Assembly: GCA_013115125.1 (NCBI GenBank)
Contig: JABANN010000206.1
Coordinates: forward strand, 1 to 53,115
Direction: 5' to 3'
DNA: 53,115 nucleotides
Source of the DNA: Perkinsus olseni
Lineage: Eukaryota
The translations under genes were made by a program, and so were the position numbers. How positions within the stretch are numbered: position 1 is the first letter of the stretch; each line of letters opens with the position of its first letter. The notes under the pieces are model-generated. The model had not been told where the DNA came from, did not search any database, and saw only the letters and a list, made by a program, of their open reading frames with translations. Of this stretch, positions 24,865 through 37,930 are shown in pieces.

Positions 24865-27630
24865 TTAGCATCTCTCGAAAACCTTATAAAGGTCATCCAA
24901 CTCCACCAATTTACGAACAATCGGTGACAGTGTTGCCTCGGCATTCGGTTCCCATCGATAAGGGGCCTTGAAAGGGGCGGGGTGCAACACGTACTTCAGC
25001 CATAGCTGCTGCAGGGGGTGCACCGTGATAGCGCCTGAAGGGAAGCTGGTGTATGCCACGTCGTTCTCCACAACCACGGCTCACTCGATGTTAGCTTGAT
25101 GCTTTCCTGCACAGCCCACACTCCCAATATCCGGCCTAGGGCATCCACTTGAGGGTCACTGATCTCTCCCTCGGGGACTTGAGCCCAGATACGGACCAAG
25201 AGCCTGGCAACAGCGACCTCAGCCTCAGCACTGTCGTCCGGGAACGGCACGAGGACGTCTGGTACTCTCTCGATAACCTGGGATGGGTAATGGCGTCGAC
25301 GAGAGCCTTAGCAGAGGTACTCACCACACCTGCCTCGCTGTTCGAGTTCAACACTAGCCCAACCTCAGCAACCAGTGGGAGTATTTCCGGTGTCGTGAGC
25401 CTGTTGGCGATGATACGTGCCTTAGAAGGGTCCAGGGAGAGGCTGTCAACCAGTATAGCATCCATATTAAGATGCAGGTTGGTGACGTCTCTCGATAGGG
25501 AAGGGCTACCCCAACGACTCAATACCTGATCACAGACAATGGTAGCGCCCTCTCCCGTGTAGGCTTACTTGCTGATAGGCTGCCTCCATAAGGACCGGGC
25601 CCCCTTCTACAAGGAAGAGCCCCCTCTTGTGCTGTACCAATAGCCGCAACTCTTCCTTATCATCATCGTCCAATGGCCCAACCCACACACTATGGGTGAG
25701 CGAGGCGGACAGATTCTCACTTGAAGAAGTCCAGGCCGCTTCAAGCAACACTCTAGCATTCCCACAGTATCTCGCGACCGATATTCCCTTCTCGCCATCG
25801 GTCTCACCACCACCATCATCATCAGAGGGCTGTTGCTGTTGCGTATACATGTGCATGGTAGTGAGGGATGCCTGAGTACTATCCACCCGAACTGGTGCCG
25901 CACTAACCATACTTGCGGAGGATGACGAAGAAGAAGGTCTTGGTCTCTTGCTGCTGCCGACCGCCGCAGTGTCCCCTTGTGATCGCCGACTAGTGACTGG
26001 TACCGTGTAGGTTCTAGAATAATGATGACCCTTGAGGGTGGCATCAAGGAGAGCTTGAAGCTCCTCAATCAGCGACTCCATATGGCTGATGGTGACGTCC
26101 TTCTTAGTAGGGTGCACGTTAACATCGACATTCTCTCCAGGTATATTGAAAGACAGGTGTACCGCGGCGGGCTTCTGACCTTTCGGAAGATACCTGTCAT
26201 AATCATACAGTCACCTGCCCAGCCTCAGTGCGACCAGGGCTACAATCCGGAGAGCATTGAGATGTAGAGCCTCATCACCGTGGATAGTGAGGGCTTCCTA
26301 CCTAGAGTATGTATCTCCTATAGCCTTCCGTAGGGGCGTACACTCGACAAGCCTCCCATTCATAAAGATGGTGCACCATCCACCGGTAGAGCCTAAGGTA
26401 GGAGGCACACAAGCATAGGCTATGACGGCCTGCGGATGGTCTTACCACCAGAGTAAACGGTATGGCGTTGAGAGCCTCTGTAGTAGGTAGCAGAGTTGCC
26501 GTGAGTGAGGAAGCCTCGTACTGATGCTGTGTAGGCTCCCCCACCAACTTCAAGATCAGTGTCGGGCAGTGCTATAAGGTCCTTAGCAACTCGGTCACCG
26601 AGAACGAAATGCAGCACCTTCATCTGCTCGTCAGCTTCCCCACCTAGCGCGGATATGAACCGAAAGAATGTGCCTGTATCCTACCGGGACTGGACATATC
26701 CGCCGAGCCATGGCGGGCATTGCGACACGTGAAGGCTATTGTGTAGTACTCAGCAGCGAACCGAGAGACCTATCGAGTTATGTGCACCCGAGGGACCATA
26801 GCTGATGTTAGTACAAGGTCCACGATACGGGCGTACTCCTCCGACTGGGTACTCATAAGAGAACGCCTGCGGGTGGGTAGATTATAAAAAAGGTCAGTGA
26901 AGTGGACTGAAGGAAATATCCTTCCTTCCCGCCGGCATCAAAACGCTCTTCACGGTACGTACTTGTACTCCCTGGAGTAGCAGCAGTGGGTTGGGCAGCA
27001 CCAACGGGCTCCCCGTCCATGTACTCACACCGGTACCCTACACACCGGGAGTCCTAAATGGAACTTCTGCATCGAAAGATACTGTACATTCCAGGGCTAC
27101 GGTCTACCGCTACCTCCGTCATGGTAGTGACTGTGAGCCTCGCTACATGGGATATGGACGCCAGTGCCTCTCCACGGAACCCATGGGTCATGATGCTCTG
27201 GAGGTCTTCGAAAGACCGCAGCTTAGAGGTCGTGAAGCGTCTGAGAAGTAACAAGCCGGGCTGCAGTAGAGTAGCTGACTGCTGCTGCTCCTGCTGCTGC
27301 TGCTCGGAAGTAGTATACTTGCAGAGTATTGGGAGGTCCTCCTTCTGTATGCCACAGCCATTGTCAGAGACAGTCACTGCACCGTTGGCGCTGAAGAGGA
27401 CCTGTGGGCTGTTGGATAACTGCACTCACATGACCGAAAGCCAGCGAAACCTGTATCCTGGTGGAGCCAGCATCGATACTGTTCTCTATAAGCTCCTTCA
27501 CGGCATTCACTGGTCTGGCCACCACTTCCCCTGCTGCTATCCTATTCACAACGACATCCGGTAGCTGTACGATCGGACGAGGCTTCGACGGCCGATGCTC
27601 CGTGAGGGCTGCCGGGCTAGACTGTGCCAT
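24865..27630 (-). CDS. MLH1: DNA mismatch repair protein MLH1, multi-exon
   Basis: GHKL motifs [56 protein letters not shown] and [12 protein letters not shown], plus the diagnostic C-terminus LYKVFERC*. Confidence 0.96.
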
Positions 27631-27711
27631 ACTGAGTAAGAAGTAATAATACAGAACATAAACCCCCAGGACACCAGGCCAGCTGTGCTTCAGAAACTTG
27701 TCTTCAACACT

Positions 27712-29446
27712 CTACGCAGGCGAGATGGTGGCTAGGTGCCTCAGTGGCTCTCGAATGGTCCTCTCCCGAGTGAAGAGGTGCCGTATATACCGCAATTCCT
27801 CCCTCCAGTGTAGGTCAGGCTGGGCCTTCTCCAACCAGTATCGGAGGGCATGGGACATCTGATATCATACAGAGGCCTCAAACAGCCCCCACAGCCACCA
27901 CCTAACTTACCACGCCCGACGACATGACCAGCTCAAAGCCTGCCTCTCCTTCAGAGGTAGGAAGCAGCGTGAGTACACCACTCTCGACCAGTATGCCAAC
28001 CAGCTTGTTGCTCTCTCTCAGGGTCTCCCACGGGCCGACACTCTTCAAGGAGGCGCCCTCCGAGCCGAGGAGTTGCACTAACTGGCAGGGGATGGGATGA
28101 ATGAGGGCAGCGATGCCCCAGCCCAGATTACGTAGCGTACGGTTTCGTTGATCGTGAAGATATAATCAACCCTCGGTCCGTCGCGCAGGCGGACGATATC
28201 CGGGTGGGCCAGGAAGGTCATCCAGCAGTTGTTAGCCTACAGACACCTTGACCTCCGACCAGCGTGGGCTAGCTCTTACCACGCGAATCGCCGAGGATAG
28301 ATCACCACCCCCACAGACGTCCTTCCAGTGGCCAAGGCGTCCAAGGATGACGGGTGACAGCGTGTCGAAGTATGGTATCGAATCAGCGTAAAGACCAGCG
28401 AGTAGAGACACTGCAAGAGGTGAGAGCTTCCACGCGTGTGATTGGAAGAGGTTGACTAACCGTCAGGGTCCTCAATGACGAGAGAATGGTCGCAGTACTC
28501 CAATTGCGTAAGGGAGTCAGACTCCATAACCAAAGGAACGCCTTTATCCTGCAGAGCTACTCGAAGGTCCCTGAGGTAAAGAGAGAGGTGTCCCTCTTCG
28601 CCGCGTTAGCGATAACTACTCAAGGAAAGCCTCCCCCCGACCAGAGTTGTTCAACCATCGTGACCGTCGGAGGAGATCAGCATGCAGGATAACCACTGGA
28701 AGCTCCACCGACTGGCCTACGAACTAGCGGAGTCCAGACAGAGACGTACGAGGCGCCAGCATTACAGTAGGATGCGATGGCCTGTGGATCATCACCGGAT
28801 AGGATATCAGTCCTGTTAAGCTCATCGATGAAAACATCAAAATTGTAATGGCAGTACCTAGCCGAGCGTCGGGGTCCGGCGACAAGGTTCAGAAGCTTAC
28901 CGTTGCATGTCTATGACTACACACTTGTATCGAGACTCTTCCATAGCCTTCTCGAGTACAGTCGTCTTACCTACTCCTGGCGGACCATAAACCTACATAG
29001 TAATGAACCATAGTTCTTCAACCTCAGCAGAAGCAGCAGTATGCATCGACCTACACCGTAAGGCCTCCCTTCCGTCGCCTCGAGGGCACTACGTATCTCC
29101 CTAACATCATCTTCTCGGTAAATGTAGTTCCAGGTCACAGGAGACTGGAGAGGCGGCAGGTCAGTCGTCCGGTCCAACAACAACCTGAACCGTACACCAA
29201 TGCCCCTCGTGAGAGTGCAGTTGTGCGTCATCATCACGGTTTGGGCTTTTCCGGTTTAAACGCTGGTCCAAGTGCCCGACTTGCAAAACACCGAGCAGAG
29301 GCCTGGAGCGACCTAGCTACCGCTATGCAAGGCTGCCGAGATCCTGTCTGGAGAAGCGACGGTAAGGCGGCATGCATTAATAGTGAACTGATGAAGCGGA
29401 GTCATTGAGGGCGTTGTAGATGACCAACCGTCTCCACCATCACCAT
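27712..29446 (-). CDS. Hypothetical multi-exon protein, possibly mitochondrial
   Basis: Coding-like exons bounded by GT-AG (e.g. ARSLQASARCFASRALGP, LPPLQSPVTWNYIYREDDVREIRSAL, RYWLEKAQPDLHWREELRYIRHLF). No family recognised; start uncertain. Confidence 0.6.
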
Positions 29447-29679
29447 TGACTGAACTAGAAAATACGAAATGCAGTAAAATATTATTACTATTGTAACTAA
29501 CTTAAAATGATCATCACGCAGACATTCATGAGTAAATCAATCGTATGGAGAGCAATGGTGGTGGTGGTAAGCAGCCTCGAGCTCCCTCGAGGACGACCAG
29601 AGGCAACAACTCCCAGGAATAGAATACAAGCATACACAGGACATGAAGGCTACTATTCTGATACTATGATACTCGGTAT

Positions 29680-30364
29680 TATAGTGGCCGAGGAGCTCCC
29701 ACCAGCGCATCAGGCCCCCCGCCTGTTGCATCATCGCCTCCTCTTCGAGCCTTGCCTAGGCCGAGAAGCTTCTTCAGCCTACGACATACATACCACAGAC
29801 AGATGTAGGTGTACACCAGCTTCTGAAAGAGTAGTGATAATCATAGTACCAGAACAACAACAACAACTCATCAATCGTCTGTCTCACTACCTGTAGAAGC
29901 TTGTGTCTCACTGACGGTAGTGTAAGTAGTAGTAGAAGAGTACACCCGAGCGCTATGGTCCATGGTAGCAGGAGGAGCATCATATTCTGATCATCACCAC
30001 CGCATACTCAATAATGTTAACCTCTCACACGTACATCGCTCCGCCTCGGTAGGGCAGCACGATTGCCGTTAGTAAGGACTATCCCCGTGATCTGTACATG
30101 CTCAGCGGGTTGTATGGAAGCAGCAGCGCCTTCAAGGCTACCATTGCCAAAAAGGGACATGAAAACTAAGGGGCCTGCTCAGAAGCCAAGTCGTGTGAGA
30201 AGAGTAACTCTAGCAGACCTCTGCTGTTCCCTGGAAACAAGATGTACGGTAGTAAGCACAATATCATCCCGACCTAGCAGTGCCACTGTCGATAGCTGCA
30301 CAACAGCGAATGCTATCACAGGTCCGAGGCCAGGCCGGGCAAGAATATGGGGCAGAAAGTTCAT
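29680..30364 (-). CDS. Possible small spliced membrane protein (hypothetical; structure unresolved)
   Basis: Hydrophobic segments MNFLPHILARPGLGPVIAFAVVQLSTVALLG and MMLLLLPWTIALGCTLLLLL, with plausible splice sites between them. Confidence 0.35.
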
Positions 30365-30413
30365 TGAGCGTGCTCCGAGCACGGTGCTCGTGCAGAACTG
30401 TATCCAGAGGCGG

Positions 30414-33400
30414 TCACGCATGAACAGGGTGGGGTACTTGCTTAGTCTGATTACTGCTGCTGCTGTTGTCATCGCTGGACATTGAGTGAAGGTCCACATC
30501 GATACCCCTCTGCTGTTTCTCCCAGAGATCGCGATACCTAGCAGATGAGTAGTAGGAGGGATGCACCACAGAGAAGTTGCGGTACTTCCCATTAGGTATC
30601 TTGATTAGGTCCTCATGAGTACCCTTCTCGACAAGCTTACCGAACTCCAGTACCTGCTCGAGTGGGCATGCACGGGTCGTTCTCTGGACGTTTATTTCCT
30701 ACCACAATCTGATTGGCATGTCTAATAGTCGACAAACGGTGTGCGATGACGATGGTTGTTCTGTTCTCCCTAAGGTTGGCTAATGCCGTCTGCACGGCCT
30801 GCTCGGTAGCTGAGTCCAACGCAGAGGTAGCCTGCCAGCAACAACAGCCTCTAGCCTCTAGCCTCCAGGAGCACGGATTGCAAAAGGCGGTTATGTACCT
30901 CGTCCAACAGCAGTATCGGGGTATCTTTCAACATGCATCTGGCTATCGCCAACCTCTGCTTCTCTCCACCCGATAGCTTCAGCCCCCTCTCGCCGACGAC
31001 CTACCAACCAGAGAACTGTATGCATCAGGAGCCATGGCCGCCGCCATACCGTATTCATGCCATCGAGCTGCTGCTCAATAAGCTGGTCCAGCTTGGCCTT
31101 GCGGGCCACTTCCCAACACTCTTCGTCCGTGGCATCCAACCGACCATACCTGAATGCTTGCGAGTGGTGGTAAGAGGAGGGAGCGACCTACCGTATGTTA
31201 TGAATGATGGTGTCGTTGAATAGCACTACGTCCTGGGGCACACAGCCTATCTGTGCCCTCAGGCTCTTCTGGGTTACATCCCGGACATCATACCCGCCAA
31301 CACGGACTGCACCATCATCAACATCAACGAAACGGAACAGCAGTCTGAGGAGAATGAGGAATTTCAAAGACCTGATTAACAAATCAGGCCGACAGATGAC
31401 AGGCCCACCTCGAAACTGTCGTCTTCCCAGAGCCCGTGACTCCGACAATTGCGGTGGTCGTGTTCTCCGGCACTACGAAAGTGCAGTCCCTCAAGGATCG
31501 CGAGTACTACGGCAAAGGGTAGGTGAGGATCGACAGAATGAGGACAGAACAAGACTCACTGGCTGCCTGCGATACTTGAAGTAGACGTGGTCAAACACCA
31601 GGAGATTCTGTACGGTATTCGGCTGAATCCGCTGAGGGAGAGTGGCTGAACCCTTACAACACGACAGCGATAGTCGGCTTACCAATTCAATCGCACCGGC
31701 CTTATCTTTCACGTCATGAGGCTCCTTCAAGAGCTGACCGAAGGACTGCATGTCGATGATGGAGTTGATTACCATGTTGTAGATGGTCCCTAGGGAGTAG
31801 ACGATCAGTCTAGCATGGAGCGAACAAGTGCCCACCTAGCCAGCTCAGGGGAGCGAAGAGATTGAGGACATATGCATTGACAGCAACGAAAGCACCTGAC
31901 TCGAAGTTGGTGTGCATCGTCGTCGGGGCTGCGGCGGCGGCTGCTGCTTACCTATATCGGTATGATCCACAAGGGACTCATCGGCCATGAGAAGAAGGGA
32001 CACGATAGTTGTAGCGCAGATAACGAACTAGAACAGACAACAGTGAGCAGCAGCCAGTCCTCTCCGGTCTGTAGTGCTTACAACTTGTGCAACATTGAGG
32101 ATACTAAGGGAGGCCTGCGTCATCATACTGTATGCCTGGAACCTGAATACGTCTGCTTACAGAGACAGCTCTGAATACGCATGGACACGGTTCCGAGGCC
32201 ACGGTTCCGCTGCTCAGCTGCTCACTGAGACACGGCCTTGGTGAACTCCATAAGCTCGTAATCCTCATTCCCGAAGTATCTGACACGTACAGGGCCTCCC
32301 AACAACCCCAGCATTGGCGGAGTAGGACTTGATAGTCTCGTAGTTGGTGAGGGAATCGTTGAGTCTATCATGCAGCTCGTTATCGTGTACCATCGTCCCT
32401 TCTCTGAACTTCTTACGCCATATAGTGACCTTTACTGTGATGTAACTGCCGGGGATACTGTAGCATCAATGGCAGCAGCGGGCCCTAGGGTTCTCACATG
32501 TAGACCCCGAGGGCTAGGAGACAGGTAGCTGCCAGACGAGCGTTGTTAAAGTGTATCGTGAAGATGAGTGTAACAGCAACACACTCAGCTAGGGTCGGCA
32601 CCAGGTACAGGAATAGATACTGACAACGAAGGAATGATACCAACGTGGCACCAACCGTTCCACCTGCATCATCATCTGGGCAGCTTGCACACCACGAGTA
32701 AAGCTCCGTACCTGCCATGACGGTGAAGAAAATACTTTCGATAGCTGGGGGTCATCCCACAGTGTTGCCGGTCTTCTTTCTAATGTGCCAGTCGAGGGAG
32801 AGCTCATGGAGATGCTTGAACGTCAGGTTGGCAATCTCTACGTATCTAGAGGCTACTCGGTGGCCCAGGACCAGCCACTGCTCAATAGTGAGGCTCACGC
32901 GCTCTGTTGTACGCTGATGTACATTAGGGACTGTGCCTCCTTCAAGGACTTGGACAAGGCTGTGAGGAGGGCATAAAGGACGATATACCAGATGAGGGAA
33001 CTCGATAGTTCCGGGGACCTGGCAGATGAAAGAGTCGAGTGAGCTTCTATGATGGCCGAAGGACTACTTGCTGCTGAGTAGTGCCGTGAGCTCGTTAGTA
33101 GCATAGGCTAGGTATAGAGGGGATATAACGTTGCAGATCTTGGACAGAATCACACAGAACCAGGTACCCACGGCCCGACAGCGATTGATGAAACTGATAT
33201 CATTACCATACTTGCGGTCCCCAAACATCCTCACTATCCTACACTTTGTGACTGACATCCTCTCCAGTGGCTGTGGCAGGGGTAGTCGGCCAGAAGTAGG
33301 GCTTCAACACCTGGGGAGAGGATCTCCTCCACACCACCATCAACCTATTCCTCACTTTGAGAGTCTCCCACATCCCCAAGCCCTCAAAACGATACTGGGG

Positions 33401-34277
33401 CTCAGCCTCCTCCAGCGCACCATCAGCGTTGCCATTCTCCGCGTTATTAAGTAGGGAGTTCTGAAATTCCTGTACGTGATCTATTACCTGCGATAACAGT
33501 CAGTACTCGCCGGCTCCTGGCCGAAATGAACCCCTACTGCTACTACCCCGAGCGTGTTCTGCAGTCTATTGATGAGGACTATGTCGACGAGACAGACCAG
33601 CAGCTCGAACCCTAGCAAGCCCATCAAGCTCAACTCTTGCATACGCGGCTGAGGGAAGGGACACCACAGACTACACCACACAACTAGACTTCTCCCACCT
33701 ACCATCAGAGCGGCCTTAAACAAGATGAAGGCGATACAGAAGCCACAGAAGGAGTTGGTCAATTCTAGTTTACCTGATCACCAACGGTACCATCAGGATG
33801 TAGTGTGACGGAGCCCTACGTTGCGAGCCGGAGCACGTAGCAGCCGCGATGAAGCGTACGGCGCATAGCAGCCAGATATCGACCGTACTCAAGGAGGGGT
33901 TGTAGGCTGTGGCTACGTCCAAGTAAAACTAACAGAGGCTAGTACCCCAGGGGAAGGTGATGCTGAGTACTCACCCATGCCCCTAGACTGCCATGCCACA
34001 CGATCTCCAATAGCCCAAGCACGATGATATCAACGACCTCAGCTAGTAGGAAACAGCGGCTGTAGAGTGACCGTCGAGCTGACAGCTCTTCGGAATACTG
34101 AAGAGACCGGTGAATCGAAGAGTGGGCACATCCGCCTTTCGGTACCTTAGCCAAGGCTTCCTGGCTCATCCGGCCCTCTAGGCCATCGTCATGATGGTTG
34201 TCTCCTTTGGGCGGCAGACCATAACGCATACCACCGAAACGGCCCCCTCCACCGCCACCTCGACCACCTCCCTTCAT
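30414..34277 (-). CDS. ABCB-type half transporter (ABCB6/HMT1/ATM1-like) with N-terminal membrane extension, multi-exon
   Basis: [42 protein letters not shown], Walker [29 protein letters not shown], signature [13 protein letters not shown], Walker B LLLDE, ATSALDS and [10 protein letters not shown]. Confidence 0.92.
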
Positions 34278-34480
34278 TGTGTAGTATAATCAACAGAAGA
34301 GAAACTACAGTAGTCCTACCGGTACGACCCACCGAGACTAACACTATTCCGAGTCGTGTCGAGAAACTCAGGAAAGGGTATAGGGCTGAGGAAAGATAGG
34401 AGGAAGAGCATTAGAAGAAGTATAACTGGAAGTGTATACGATTATGGTACTTTATGGTATGGGAATCACTCAGACCTGTT

Positions 34481-35557
34481 TCACATAGTATCATCCATCC
34501 CACTAGAGTTACTTGGTAAATTGACTATGTACTTATAGGCTGCTGATAATACTACAACCTCAGGCACTGTCTTCAGTATGAACACACCTAGCCCTCGGAA
34601 TAGGGTAATATTCAGCCCGCCCCAAGGCAGTCCGGCCATCATCCTCCTTCGTACGCTCTCCACAGGGTAGGTTGCTACGCTTGCTATGGCGCCAGCCACA
34701 CCACCTGCTATCACTGGATCACGGATCCTATCTTTACAGTACCCGTACGCCTGAACGGTGAGAAATTTCAACGCGAACCACGGAAGAGGCGCGTCGCTTA
34801 CGGTCATCGCAACAGCAGAGTAGATGGGAGCTGCCAGTAGGCTAACGCCAAGGCCACGGTAGAGATCCCGCAGGCGGGTGATGGGCAGTCGTGAAGGCAT
34901 GCCCATGACCAGCCGTCGGGTGTACCTAACAGCAGCCGTGCTATCATCGCCACACTATACCATCAGTTCTATTACAGGACATCCACAGGATACATGACCA
35001 TCATAGCGGCTGCTCCTGATAGTATGGTCGACGCTAGGCCTTGCCCTTTGGTATTGCTATCCAGCACCGGCCGAAGATGACAGTGGTACCTAGGGCCGAG
35101 CGATGGGCTGATGATGCATAGGTATTGATGAGCCTACAGATAATGGCGTATCCAGGTGGTGCCGGCCATATGAAGGAGGTGTATATGTACTGCAGTGTAG
35201 TGATGGCCTTGGGCACTTCTCAACACACTGCGCACGGTGGGGAAGGCTCTATCGGCCTTCGCGATTGTGGACGTTTGTAACTGTATGGTAGTGTACTATC
35301 ACTACTACTACATGGTAACCCACTATTACCAGTATTCTAGCCCTATCAGCAGGGGCACTGACCAGCTTGGCAGTGAGGGCAGCCAGACCGTGTGAGAACA
35401 GACTCGCATAGAACATGCGTTCCTCAGAAGGGATCTCGGATGTTGCCGCAGCAGCTGTGGCCCCCAGGGATGTAGCTTTTGGTGAGGGTATGCCCCCCGT
35501 CATGACCGACCTTGGGTACCACGGGCTGCTGCTGCTGTCCTTAGACTGCTGACTCAT
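34481..35557 (-). CDS. Mitochondrial carrier (SLC25) family protein, spliced
   Basis: PxD/ExxK/R-type signatures SAPADRAR and TYPVESVRRRM, plus LYRGLG and LFRGLG. Confidence 0.8.
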
Positions 35558-35693
35558 CGTCCTGTACGCCTTACACCCTCACCCGGTCGGATATTAAAAC
35601 TGAAGCAGAGAGCCCGTCTCGCAGCTACTCGGGAGGCAACACAGAGTTAGCGTGCATAATAGAGAAACGTTAAGGCGACAATCCGATGATGGC

Positions 35694-37486
35694 CTAAAAA
35701 TCTATGGGGCAGTCCTGTAGCGTCTTATTATCAGCATCTATCTTCATGACGTTAACCAAGCTGTTCGGCGATGGCTCTGAGCAGGACAACAGGGGAAGGT
35801 ACTGATGGATCCCAATTGAGCGGCCTTACCGGTGCTGCCACCACTACTAGCAGTCATACTGTAGGCCAATGCATGCTCTTTGGGGGACCATGCAAGATGG
35901 TTCACCGGATGAGGTATCCGAGAATTCTTGCCTGTGAACTTCTCAGCAACGTCCACATACTCTACGCCAGTCATGGTACCAGCTATCACTAGGTTACGAT
36001 CGATGACGTCATTACCCCCTGTAGAAGGTAATGACGTGTAGGCAACCAAACTACCATCATGGCCTAAGACAGCTTTATGGCTGGCCCTCGTTGTCCGATA
36101 GTGTATTACTCAGGGAGACCGACTGTATTGGTACGTGAGTTGATGAGGCGAAGGTCCTTATACAGGTAAGATCAGCTACTGACCAGATGTCGACTAGAGA
36201 ATCACCCTGATGAGTGGGATACAATACCATACTTTCCCATACTCCTACTACCCCTCCTGATGCCATGAATCGTCCATCTCCACTCCTCGACAATGTAAAT
36301 GTAGTCGACTGATGGCCGATGAGAACCTCCGACGGCTTCACAGCGTCTGGAGGGCACTGCGAGCCCTTTAGGAGCTGCCACAAAAACCAGGATTCGATGA
36401 CGTACAAACTTGAGACTCGTTTATTACCAGATCATCATCATAGAGTAATATTTTACTTGGTGCTCCGGTAGTAGCCGCCCACAGTGAATGGGGACCACCT
36501 TCACCTACCACGATAGTCTAATGACGATAAGTTCCTCTCCCAGTAGTAGTACTGTAGTTATCCCATAATATAGAGTATACCTCAGTATTGGCGGCAGCAT
36601 TAATCTGCTGACTAAAGGCAAAGGAACCTGCACAGGGCGGTCGCCTATGACTCCTACCACAACTGCGCTATTACCAACAGGCTGATGGCCCTCCCTCCCC
36701 GATGCGCTTGATGATACTACCATTCTAGGGTCTAATATCTGTATGGTGCCCGCCTGAATAACCAAGACATTAGGATCCCAACCAAATCTCACGTGGTGTT
36801 ACCCTGCCGTAGACCGCCAAGAATCTACCATCAGGATGCCAAGTAACGTTCAATAATTTCTCCAGCCCCTTAGGTTCGGTCGGGCCAGGATTCTTCGAGA
36901 ACTCAGCGCTGAATCTGAAGGGGCGCATCAACCTTCCCATCCGTCCCCTGTGAGTAGTACAGCAGTCCGTCCCTGCCTGTTGGTGCCCTGGTGTCTAGGA
37001 CCTTCACTAAGCCGTTGAAAGTGACAGCCGCTATGACGTGTGAGTCTATCGGATGGGGATCGGCCCATGTCCAGGTATCCCCCGTCCATTGACGCTCTTG
37101 CATGCACTGAAGTACTATAGCAGTACGGAGGTGTGGTATCGTGATGACCCCAGCTCACTCTATTAACGTTCCAAAGCGCCATATTGCAGTTACGATGGGC
37201 CACTACTAGACGGTCACCATCACAAGTCCAGTCGAGACAGTCCACATCCTCTAGCTGACCAAAGGATGCTGTTGCTGTGCTCGCTGACGGTATGGCGCTA
37301 CCTTAGGCCTGCCCTCCCTATTACTAGGTGGAGCGGCCATTGTAGAGAACTTGGCGTAGTTCTCTAGGCTATTGAATACGTTTTGAAGTCTGTAGTGTTG
37401 GTCTACGAAATAGGGATGGACTTGCCTACATCCGTTCATGATGATGGACTGACGACGACGACCCAAAACTACCATGAGAGATCCAT
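35694..37486 (-). CDS. THOC3: WD40-repeat protein, probable THO complex subunit 3 (Tex1)
   Basis: GRFMASGG-DSLVDIWSVADLTCIRTF, PIQSVSLS-HDGSLVAY and PVNHLAWSPKEHALAY parallel the THOC3 C-terminal blades. Ends approximate. Confidence 0.7.
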
Positions 37487-37930
37487 CTTTGGTGGGCTAT
37501 CAACTATCAACTCAACTCAGTACTATTGATAAAGACTATTGCACATATCTTCGCTCAGCGTATCTTCACACCTTAACTCGAAGATACTCTGCCCATTGGT
37601 CCCGATGGCGTCCACGCCTCCTGCTGCGTCCCCTGCAATCCCTTTCAACTTACCACAACCTCCATTTCTCATCCCACCCTACACGATTCTTGATAGACTT
37701 TTGCCAAGGCAAAATTTTTAGAAAACTTCTGCAAGTCGACCAGGTGCGAAAATCTTGCACTCTTGCGTTTTCTCATTAAGCTGAGCTCGCTTATAGTGCG
37801 CGCAGCCTCAGCCTAAATTCGATTCTCGTCGACGTTCTCCGGTCTTCCAAAGCATCTCAGCCTTCCTTCAGTCTCCCGGCCATCACTGTCGACTTGCCTG
37901 CTGTTGTAGTTCCCCGATTTTTTCCGAATA

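Noticed and set aside
27245-27320. Poly-Gln insertion in the MLH1 ATPase domain
   Set aside because: It is a stop-free in-frame intron containing a CAG microsatellite between LC and RFTTSK.
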